Shown in pieces: positions 36,473 to 46,878 of a stretch of 64,000 bases of DNA. Under the pieces are notes generated by a model that was not told the origin of the DNA, did not search any database, and worked only from the letters and a program-made list of their open reading frames with translations. Each line of letters begins with the position of its first letter. The first letter of the stretch is position 1. Made by a program: the position numbers and the translations under genes. Source of the DNA: Yuukianura sp. NJ FZ-2021 (Eukaryota); NCBI GenBank assembly GCA_046563655.1, contig CM102289.1, positions 1,488,001 through 1,552,000 on the forward strand, given 5' to 3'.

Positions 36473-38740
36473 ATGTACACGTTTGGGTTTTGCCTAGTGT
36501 TCTACATAAATTTTGAACAATTTGGAACTGCAGCATTTGAATTTGACTTGAATCCATGGTTTGCGCCTTTTGCTTCAGAGTGTAACATTTACGTGATAAA
36601 TTTCAATGCAACAGATTTCGAACCACCAAAATTTCCGTTAATTACCCAGGATTTGGTGTACAAAGACGGGTTCAGTTTCATTCACAACCGAAGCGATGCT
36701 GGTTTCTACAACACTCTGTCTCCACAAGAAAAAATGCTTGAACCACAAATACACTTGAATTTCAAATGTTTCAATTATGTTTTTCTTTTTGCATCATTTG
36801 GAACAAAAAAACTTGCAACGAAGCACGACTTTCCTTTACCACTTAATCTGCTTCTTTGGTCCAGACTTTGGAGAAAAGAATATTATGGTAGAAACGTCCC
36901 GCTAATGGAGTTTTTGTTGGACAAATCTGCAATCCTGTCTCTAATTGCCCCTAACAATCTACAAATGATTCATGACTTTCACGGCCGTACGATGCATGAC
37001 CGTAGTTACTACGAGTTTATAGGTGTTGCTCAATTTGTAGTCTACACTTTAGCGGAGGTCAGTAGGTCAAATAGTTTAAAAATTTTGAAAACCTCGACAG
37101 TTTGTCTCCAATGCAGCGACTGCGGAATGTCTCTCGTGCCGTTTAATCATTCGCAACGTTTAGTTGAGATTAAGAGGCAGTGGAAAGCAATAAATAAAAA
37201 TCAAAACGGAATGTGGTATGTTGACCGATACGGAGGCCATACCCTGGCGGTATCACCGGTAACCAAGGTACCATTAAAACTCTTGCACCTCTCACCACAT
37301 AAATATAGAGTTGGCACTTGGGAATTCATTCTCCTCAAAACAGTTATGACTAACAAAAGTATTATCTGGGCCAGAGACTGCTTTTGTTCTTTGAACGGAT
37401 TTGCGGAGCGTCCATCAGTCAAGTTTGGGTCAGTACATTACTCTGTTTTGGAGATAAATAATCTAAAATTTCAATTTTTAACATGCAATGGCATTCTGGA
37501 GGAAACATCGGATTTGGAAAGTTTATTGAGTTCTGCATTTGACTTTAAAAGTTGGATAATTTTGGGTGTGGCGCTATTTGCTTTGGGCATAACGACTAAT
37601 GTTGTGTTAAAAGTAAAAGGTAAAAAATGTGATGGATTTATTACAGTGTACTCTGCACTGCTAGAACACAGTTGGGATTCTGCAACTAATCCTCATGGGT
37701 TGAGTGCCATGTACTGGGTAACTAGCAGTATGTTGCTCACTTTAATTGTGGTTACCAATGGCTACAAAAGTTTCTTTACCGCTGACATTACTTCACCACG
37801 TAAACTGAAACTGGTCACTCACTATGACCACTTGATTGAGAAAAACTTGACTATTTATGTCCGACCTACCGACGGTATCGATAGTTACAAGGCGGGAGGA
37901 TGGCGATTACACATGCACGATAGAATGGAAGAATACAAAAAATATGAGGAAGATAGACGAAAACTAGGACTGGAAATTGAGGAATGGAAAACAATAGATG
38001 ACAGGAGTCTCCAATACCCCCCTAGGATTCCAGACTTTGCTATTAAATTTGTACAACCATTGATGAAAATATTTGGATATGACATTTACAGCAGGTCATG
38101 GAGAAATTTTGTTAGAAATGACAATAGCACTATTGTTCCTACAATTCTCAAAAAAGTTGTTCACAAATTGTTTGTACCCTGGGATGAATTTGTTGGCACA
38201 AACATTAGTGATGGAGACGTATTAACGCCATTGGTCAAAAACTGTAAGACAGCCTACGCCGATTGGTCAGACAAAATCGACTTGGAGTATCTACTATGGA
38301 AAGCTACTGAAGATACTGGGAGCAAAACACTGGCAAAAGGAACAGATAGTTTGGGTAGCCTAACGTACGGATGGGAATTTGAATATGTAACGGATCCAAA
38401 CATCCGTCCTGGTTTGATTTCGTTGAAAGAGGCAGGAATTATAACATTTTGGAAAGAATTGGATAACCATTTCAAATTTTTGAGTCAGCTGAAGTCGAGT
38501 TCTAGACAACCAGAATCAGTTGTGAAAGTCCTTAATCTGCAGGACAAAATCAGTATAGAATTTGTTCTGTTCCTGGGCTCATCGCAAATTTTAATGTTCC
38601 CTTTTGTGCTTGAGCTTTTAGTTAAAAATTGGCACAAAATACATTTTAAGATGATTTTGAAAAAAGGTGTGGCCACAATCATTTTTGTTTGCGTACACCC
38701 ACTAAAATTTTGTGCATGCAAGGATTGCAAAAGAAATTGA
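36473..38740 (+). CDS. Divergent IR-like protein, copy 7 (intact, 755 aa)
   Basis: Collinear paralog, second subtype. Confidence 0.82.
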   Translation: MYTFGFCLVFYINFEQFGTAAFEFDLNPWFAPFASECNIYVINFNATDFEPPKFPLITQDLVYKDGFSFIHNRSDAGFYNTLSPQEKMLEPQIHLNFKCFNYVFLFASFGTKKLATKHDFPLPLNLLLWSRLWRKEYYGRNVPLMEFLLDKSAILSLIAPNNLQMIHDFHGRTMHDRSYYEFIGVAQFVVYTLAEVSRSNSLKILKTSTVCLQCSDCGMSLVPFNHSQRLVEIKRQWKAINKNQNGMWYVDRYGGHTLAVSPVTKVPLKLLHLSPHKYRVGTWEFILLKTVMTNKSIIWARDCFCSLNGFAERPSVKFGSVHYSVLEINNLKFQFLTCNGILEETSDLESLLSSAFDFKSWIILGVALFALGITTNVVLKVKGKKCDGFITVYSALLEHSWDSATNPHGLSAMYWVTSSMLLTLIVVTNGYKSFFTADITSPRKLKLVTHYDHLIEKNLTIYVRPTDGIDSYKAGGWRLHMHDRMEEYKKYEEDRRKLGLEIEEWKTIDDRSLQYPPRIPDFAIKFVQPLMKIFGYDIYSRSWRNFVRNDNSTIVPTILKKVVHKLFVPWDEFVGTNISDGDVLTPLVKNCKTAYADWSDKIDLEYLLWKATEDTGSKTLAKGTDSLGSLTYGWEFEYVTDPNIRPGLISLKEAGIITFWKELDNHFKFLSQLKSSSRQPESVVKVLNLQDKISIEFVLFLGSSQILMFPFVLELLVKNWHKIHFKMILKKGVATIIFVCVHPLKFCACKDCKRN

Positions 38741-39351
38741 TAAATTTTAAATATATTAATTTTATAAATACGAATACATTTTACTTTGAAAAAATTAAGT
38801 ATTTCTGTAATTTCGTTTTCGTTAATTTGAAACAGGTTAGATAATTATTCCAGCCAGCCTTTTCCTGGCCAGCTTTATTTACTATAGAAACCAATTTATG
38901 AAATCGGAAATGTTGGGCTACATGAGAGCAAAAAAAAGTATGAAACCGGTTCCAATAATTGGAACTCGGACGCTGCTTTGACTTTAACATGTTTAACACT
39001 TTGAAAATTAACATGTGCGTAAGAGTTATAAAAATTACACGTTCAAACACATAATTAATCTATAGTTTGAAAACCTGAATAAAAGAAAAAATGAAAACCC
39101 TGAAAAACAGGATTTACTTCTTTTATTTTTGTTGTTGATTGAGTAACAGACATTTTTCCACGTTGCTGATCACTGATCACCTTGAACTAACATCTCGGCA
39201 TTCTGTAAAATTTTGATAAAATTTTCATATAACTTGTAAAATTTTGCTTTTGGAAAGCATGGGTGAAAACAAATATCTACTCAAAAAAGGGTATTATTTG
39301 TTACAAATTTTGAACAATTTTAACTTTATACATTCTAAACTTTGTAAAATT

Positions 39352-41186
39352 TCAATTTCTCCGTTTGATTGACAACCATTGACCTGCCGGCGGTTTGAAA
39401 TGCCACGGTTGGTTGTTTTTGCCCGGCAGTTTCGTTTTGGGTGAAGGTTCCAACTGGTAGCGAAGGATGAAATTACTGAGCGCCGTTTTCATTTCAGCCA
39501 AAGCAAATCTCATGGCAATGCAACTGCGTGGACCAATTCCTATTGCAAAATCAATTAATTATAATTAATATATTCATAAATTAAACCAGAATTAATAAAT
39601 TTAATTAATAATTAATTAATAACTACAATTCACCAAAGGGAATGTTTGTGTATGGATTTATCTTCGATTTATTTTCGGCACTGAACCGCTCCGGGTCAAA
39701 CTTGTCTGGATTAGGAAAATACCCTAAAAAATATTTAAAAAGACAAAAATTAGTGTAAATTTTTTGAAATACTGAAAATAAATTTTCGAAAATGAAAACT
39801 TTGAAAAACTTACGATCATCTCGCATCAGTCCAAGCTGAGGCACTACGACCAAAGTGTTTTTCTCAATAACCAAACCAGTGCTCGGAACCTTAAAGGGCT
39901 TGACCGCCATTCTTTCCAGCCTGAACGTGTTGGGCCACTTTCTCAAAGTCTCCAGAATTACGGCATTCAAATAAGGCAAGGTCATCAGCGTATCGTAGTC
40001 GATTTGACCTTGACATTTGACCTCTGCTGCCCTCACTTCTGCATACAGACGCTCTTGAATGTCAGGATGGTGGGCCAATTCGTTAGTTGCCATGACAAGT
40101 TGAGTCACAACGGTCGTCACTCCTGAAAAGAAAAATAGCAAGCACTGGGCCAGAACTAAATCCTCCGTCAGCTGAACTTTGGAATGCGCAGTTTTGATTT
40201 CCTGCCGTTTTTCAAAATCGTTGAGGTCAAGGTCATCGAGGTCATCCGGAGCCGTTGTAGAGGTCACTGGAGTAGTTGACATCGATTCCATAAGGATTTG
40301 TAGCAAATCTTCACGTCTTTGTCCCGTAGTCTCTCGATGCTCAATTGCTTACCTGATGACATGTCGAAAAAATTTTTCAGCTTCTCTGTCTGTCAATGGA
40401 ATGTCCAAGATTTCCAAAATTTTGGGGAACTGGAGACTCAGTTTCATCACAAGCATATTTTTGAAACCGGAAAAGTTTTCATGAAATCGTCTCGTATATT
40501 TTGCAAATTCGGTCTCTTCTTTTGTGAAACTGGAACTCTCTAGTCCAAAAGCAGATGAGGCAATGACGTCCATAGCAAATCGGGTCATAAGGTCATGCAT
40601 TTCTGTCTCCTGTTCATGAGCAAGTTGTTCGTCAATGTATTTTGTCAATTTGTGTGAAGCGTCAGTGAAAATAGAGTGCATGCGTCGGATTCTGCCTGAA
40701 GAAAGGGCAGGGGTCAGAGTTGACCTCAAGTCTTTCCAGAAGTGACCTCTCGTGTTTGCCAGCATAAGGCCAAGCAGAGGATCAGTCTTGGCAGAGTTGA
40801 ATTCACGACGATCGACAAAACAATCGAAATCTTTGACCTTTGACCAAAAATTAAAACATATTCAAAGTTTAGTTTTTCTAATTTCAATTATTTTGATTTA
40901 TTAGTTGACATACCATGATGTGTTTGACGACGTCGGGGTCAGTGACGTAAAGTACAGGTTGTGACCCCTCTAAATGTCCAACGTACTTGTTGTGACCTTC
41001 TTTGTCAATGGCATTGTACAACACCAGTTCGAATTCGTTGCGCATCAGTTTCCACGATGTGAATTTGTCCGGATCAAATACAGCGACTCCGCGCCTAGGC
41101 CAGTAAGTCTTCCATTTGTACCAATTTTTGAATTTGGCGCTGAACACTAAAAGTGCAATTACTAAAATTGCGTATATCCAGAACAT
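39352..41186 (-). pseudogene. Cytochrome P450, clan 3 (CYP6/9-like), with one in-frame TAA at 40349-40351
   Basis: MFWIYAILVIALL anchor, KDFDCFVDRR, WKDLRSTLTPALSSGRI, AQCLLFFFSG, ETLRKWP, FDPERF, PFG|IGPRSCIAMRFA. Frame reads HVIR*AIEHRETTGQRREDLLQILM. Confidence 0.85.
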
Positions 41187-41259
41187 GGTTAAGAACACAC
41201 GTCCGCTTCTACCCAGTTCCAAAGTATGAATGGAGATTATGGAACTGCATGAAATAGTT

Positions 41260-41586
41260 CAGGACTTTCGCGATCCTATCCCAGCGATCCTACGATTCCC
41301 GATTTCCGATCCCGGATCGGAGATCACAGTAAGATCGCGAGGTAAGTCCAATTAATTGGAGATCGGGTGCATAAAACCGCAAGATGTTTGTTAATATTTC
41401 GCGACCCCGATACGAATATTAAGAGCATGGGGATCGGAAGCAGGAATCGCCGCATTTTTCAGATCGCCGGTTCAAGATCGCGGGATAGTCGCAAAGAGTG
41501 GGGATCGCCGCCGATAAAAGCGCGGAGTTGCCTCGAAGGATCGGGGATCGGGTGTTTGGGAGCGCAGCCGAAGTGCGGAACTCTGA
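41260..41586. mobile_element. GATC/CGATCC-rich degenerate MITE-like insert just upstream of the P450 ATG
   Basis: GC-rich island with CGATCC motifs in the left part and GGATCG in the right part; weak CAG.../...CTG termini. Confidence 0.45.
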
Positions 41587-42030
41587 CGCATGATTCTTCA
41601 AAACGAAAACCGGTTTTTAAATTACAGATACATAAAAAGTTGCATTGGTTTTTCAAATATCTGGTCGAAGGAAACGGAAGAGTATACGCAAGTATCGAAA
41701 GAGACGGTTAAACCAATTAGGCAGATCGTGGAGACCGGCGGTAAAGCGACGACTGGAGGTAACTAGGTCACACTATTCAAGAAGGTTCGAAATAAATTCG
41801 TGGTCGGAATCGGAATCGGCCGGAGAAATTTACGACTTCTTCCGATCACTTCAATCTTTCATATTAAAATTCTTTCAAATTTTAAAATTTATTGAAGTTT
41901 GAAAATCTACTAAATACTAAATCGAAGTTTTTTGAAACATTCAAAAAGCGTCGTCGTCAATTTTAAACAATTGAATGTCAAAGATCTCTTACTTCACAAC
42001 GCCCACACTGGTAACATTTTGACTCTATTA

Positions 42031-43068
42031 CTCCTATTTATGTTGGTCTGGATCGAGGTTCAGGGGGGTTGGCCGGCCTCACCAGCGGGGGCACATATGG
42101 GCAAATTCGCATTTCATATGAATTTAATAATAAATTACTAAAGTTGCCAGAAATTTAAGGAAAAAATAAACGTTAATTTATTTAATTTATTGTTAATATT
42201 ATGAGTATTTAAATTACTTAATTATAATTGAAAAAAAGCAGTTGTTTTAAAACAACAACTGCTTCTCAATTAGAAATTAGTTTAAATACTCATAACATCA
42301 TAATGAATTAAGTTTAATTATTGTTTTCGAAATGTTATATTATATATATTATACTAACTCATTAGTATATATTATAATCACTGAAAATTCATCAGTAATA
42401 ACTGAAAAATCATGGGTGATTCCTGAAAATCTTTTGGTCACTGAAAAATCATTAGTGATCAGTGATCACTGAAAATTTGTTTAGTTGGTCACTGAAAATC
42501 ATCAGTGATCACTGAAAACATTTTGGTGGTCACTGAAAAAGTGGTCACTGAAAAGTTTTTGGTGGTCACTGAAAAATCATCAGTGGTCACTGAAATATCA
42601 TCAGTGGTCACTGAAATATCATCAGTGGTCACTGAAAAATCCTCATTGATCACTGAAAAATCCGCATTAATGACTAATCACTTTGATTAAAGTTATTGAA
42701 ATATTTAAATAAATTTAATTTATTTGAATAATAAAATAAATTTATTTAAATAACCAAATAAATTTAATTAAATAAACACATAACCTAAATATAGCTTTAA
42801 ACATTTTCAAATCATCATTGCACCTATCCACGGGCAATAACAGTCTGTAACCACAACCAGGTGATTTTTTGTTAAAAATAAGTAAAATAAAGTCTCATAG
42901 TATTTAAAAAAAATTTTATTCATTAACGTTTATTTTTCCCTTAATTTTCCGGTAATTTTCGTGATTCATTATTAAATTCATATGAAATGCGAATTTGCCC
43001 ATATGTGCCCCCGCTGGTGAGGCCGGCCAACCCCCCTGAACCTCGATCCAGACCAACATAAATAGGAG
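42031..43068. mobile_element. Non-autonomous TIR DNA transposon with TA flanks (Tc1/mariner-type target site)
   Basis: ~150-bp TIRs starting CTCCTATTTATGTTGGTCTGGATCGAGG, outer ~95 bp apparently perfect; TA at 42029-42030 and 43069-43070; no transposase. Confidence 0.9.
42378..42662. repeat. ~21-bp self-complementary minisatellite (TCACTGAAAAATCATCAGTGG) inside the TIR element
   Basis: About 13 variant units, the best-preserved with CACTGA...TCAGTG arms. Confidence 0.88.
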
Positions 43069-43750
43069 TATAGTATTAAAATGTACAATCAGAAAGTTCT
43101 TTTTCAAAAAAGAAATTGGGCATAACTTATATTCATTTGTGTTTGCTTGCATAAATCAACTAAAACTTGTTAATTTAAAAACTGCATAAATCATGCTTTA
43201 AATATATTCAATCTTGTAAACGTTTATTAAATACGGTGCAATTTTACTTTTAAAAAAATTTAAGAGTGTTTCAGACTTTGCCGTTAGATTTGTACTTCTT
43301 CTGGTAATAGTTTCCGGGCACAAGAATTTGAAATTTTGTTGGAAATAATCAACAGGTTTTGGAAATTAAATTTTTAACCAATTTTAGTTTAATGATTTTT
43401 CCGCGATATACGTCAATTATTAAAAATTGCCACAGAAGGAGATGTTTTTCATAAAAAAAAATGTTTGGTAAAATAATATCTTCCGTGTCTAAATAATTAT
43501 AAGAATTTCAAAAGTTATATTTTAAATAGATTCAATTTCGTAAGAGTTTATTAAACACGAACAAAATTTTAGTTTTAAAAGAATTAAATTTGTCAAGTCA
43601 CGAAATTTTAACTCCCGAAAACTTCGCCGTTTACAGTTGCTTATTCTCATTCCTTTTTGTCTGGCTGATGGAGTTTGGGTTTTTTTGTTCAAATTTTCAG
43701 TGTTTCATAAAAATTTTAATCCACAAACTGTCACATTCTAAATACCCGTC

Positions 43751-46103
43751 ATGTCCGCGTTTGTGTTTTGCCTAGTGTTTTGCATAAACTTTGAACAATT
43801 TGGAACTGCAGCATTTGAATTTGACTTGAACCCATGGTTTGCACCTTTCACTTCAGAGTGTAACATTTACATTATAAATTTCAATGCAACAGATTTCAAA
43901 CCACCACAATTCCCAATAATTACTCAAGATTTGGTGCTCAAGGAAGGATTCAGTTTTTATCTGAACCGCCCTCATTTTGGTTTCTATAACACTCTACTTC
44001 CACAAGAAAAAATGCTTGAACCAGCAATACATTTCAAATTCAAATGTTTCAATTATGTTTTTCTTTTTGCCTCTTTTGGAACAAATGAGCTACTCATCTC
44101 AGACCACTTTCCTTTACCCCACAATCTACCTCATTGGTGCAAACTTTGGCGAAGGAAATACTATGGCGTAAGCCAGTTTCCGCTAAGAGAATTTTTGTTT
44201 GACAAATCTGCAATCCTGTCTCTCGTTGCCCCTGACAATCTACAAATCATTCATGACTGGCACGCACGTACGATAGTCAACCCTATTGACTATGAGTCTA
44301 TAGGTGTTGCTCAACTGGTAATCTATACTTTAGAAGAGGTCAAAAGACCAAATACTTTAAAAGTTTTGAAAACGTCAACAGTTTGTCTCCAATGCAAAGA
44401 CTGCGCAATCTCTGTGGTTTCTTATAATCATTCTCAAAATTTAGCTGAGGTTAAGAAGCAGTGGAAGGTTGTAAATGAGATTCAAATGGGAATGTGGTAT
44501 TTCGACCGGATGGGATGGGATACCTTAGCGGTATTGCCAAGAACCGGGGTACCAAAACACTTGTACCTGTCACCTCTTAAATACAGAGTTGGTACATGGG
44601 AATTCATTCTACTCAAAACAGTTATGACTAACAAAAGTATCGTCTGGGCCACAAGAATTTCTTGTTCTTTTAGCAAAATTGAAGATCGTCCATCGGTCAA
44701 GTTTGGGTCAGTACACTACTCTGTTTTGGAGATAAATCATCTGAAATTTCAATTTTTAACATGCAATGGCGTTCTGGGGGAAATTTCGGATTTGCAAAGT
44801 TTGATTTCTGCCTTTGACTTTAAAGGTTGGGCCGTTTTGGTTGTGGCGCTACTTGGTTTGGGCGTAACGGCTAATGTTGTGTTAAAAGTAAAAGGTAAAA
44901 AATGTGATGGATTTGTAACAGTGTACTCTGCACTGCTAGAACACAGTTGGGAATTCTGCAACTAATCCTCATGGGTTAAGTGCCATGTACTGGGTAACTA
45001 GCAGTATGTTGCTCACTTTAATTGTGGTTACCAATGGTTACAAAAGCTTCTTTACTGCTGACATAACTTCACCGCGTAAACTGAAACTGGTCACTCACTA
45101 TGACCACTTGATTGAGAAAAACTTGACTATATATGTCCGACCTACCGACGGTATCGATAGTTACAAGGCGGGAGGATGGCGATTACACATGCACGATAGA
45201 ATGGAAGAATACAAAAAATATGTGGAAGATAGACGAAAACTAGGACTGGAAATTGAGGAATGGAAAACAATAGATGACAGGAGTCTCCAATTCCCCCCTA
45301 GGATTCCAGACTTTGCTATTAAATTTGTACAACCATTGATGAAAATATTTGGATATGACATTTACAGCAGGTCATGGAGAAATTTTGTTAGAAATGACAA
45401 TAGCACTATTGTTCCTACAATTCTCAAAAAAGTTGTTCACAAATTGTTTGTACCCTGGGATGAATTTGTTGGCACAAACGTTAGTGATGGAGACGTATTA
45501 ACGCCATTGGTCAAAAACTGTAAGACAGCCTATGCCGATTGGTCAGATAAAATTGACTTGGAGTATCGACTTTGGAAAGTTACTGAAGACACTGGCAGCA
45601 AAACTCTGGTAAAAGGAACAGATAGTTTGGGTAACCTAACGTACGGATGGGAATTTGACTATGTTACTGATCCAAACATACGTCCAGGTTTAATTTCGTT
45701 GAAAGAGGCAGGAATTATAACATTTTGGAAAAAATTGGATGAGCATTTCATATTTTTGAGTCAGCTAAAATCGACTCCTAAACAAAATTCTGTTGTAAAA
45801 GTCCTTACCCTTGAGGACAAAATTAGGGTTGCATTTTTTGTGTTCCTGAGCTTTTTGCTACTACCAATATTTAGCTTCGGAATTGAGTATGTAGTAAAAA
45901 GTTGGCACAAAATACATTTTAAGATCATGTTGAAAAAACTTGATCTTCAAATAATATCTTCTGTGAAAGTACTTGCCTTGGGAGATAAAATTTGGGCAAC
46001 GTTAATTATGTGGCTACGTTTCGTACTACTGTCAGTCCTAACATTTATTGGCGAATACATTTCAAAAATCAGGCACAAAATATGCTCCTGCCTGCTCTCG
46101 TGA
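43751..46103 (+). CDS. Divergent IR-like copy 8, with a 1-nt frameshift at ~44950 and a duplicated M4 segment
   Basis: Two ORFs (43751-44965, 44985-46103); AGTTGGGAATTCT versus AGTTGGGATTCT in paralogs. Confidence 0.78.
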
Positions 46104-46878
46104 TTTGCAACTATTTTCGACTCGTACTGACGTTGCAAAATATTCCCTCAAAAAAAGTGTTAGTGAAAGCTTTGAAATCTGACATTGCCTTCACCAGATT
46201 TTAGTATTTCTAAGTAAAACTTCAGAAAATTCAGGATTAAATATAATTCAAGTAACTGAAAAGTATGGACGCTGCCCACTTGAACAGTGTTAAAAAAAAA
46301 TGAAAACTTCAAATGAAAATGAAAAACAAAAAAGTGAAAATTCTCAACCCCCACAAAAGTTGAACCTTAAAACCTCAAAAATCCTTTTTTTTTTACAATT
46401 TAGAAAAAAAAACTGTTTTGTGTGAGCCGTCCGTTTGAGCCGCATCTCACTCTGTTATGTTCCAGAATCCATCCCTTGAGGGATGAAGATGAATTTTAAG
46501 ACTTTCTGAAAGTAGGAGTCCAAGAAGACGATCTTTTCAAAATGTGTGGTTCCTTTGCTTCTAAGTGATATGATTTTTCCTTCCTTGCCCTAATCTTAAA
46601 AAACATGTTCAACAACAAGACCATTGGAAAAGAACGGTTTCATTCATTCCCAAAGTGAAAAATTTTCATCTGTTCCATTTTCATCTTCTAAACTTGTGTT
46701 TAACGTTAGGTTAAATTTCTAAACCATAGTCTCTCCTTAGATAGTGATAACAAAGTGTCTGCAAGTGAACGGATGTGCGTCTACTTTAGAGATTTCAGTT
46801 TAATTTTGAATGTTAAAGTGACCAGTTGAGAGCTAAAATTTAAAAACAGTCAAGGTCAAAGGTCAAAAGCCGGTCAAA

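Noticed and set aside
41932..43152. ORFs 41932-42141, 42505-42690 and 42916-43152 as genes
   Set aside because: They are translations of the TIRs and minisatellite of the DNA element.
17093..45361. Recurrent short antisense ORFs within the IR genes
   Set aside because: Shadows of the conserved sense coding sequence.
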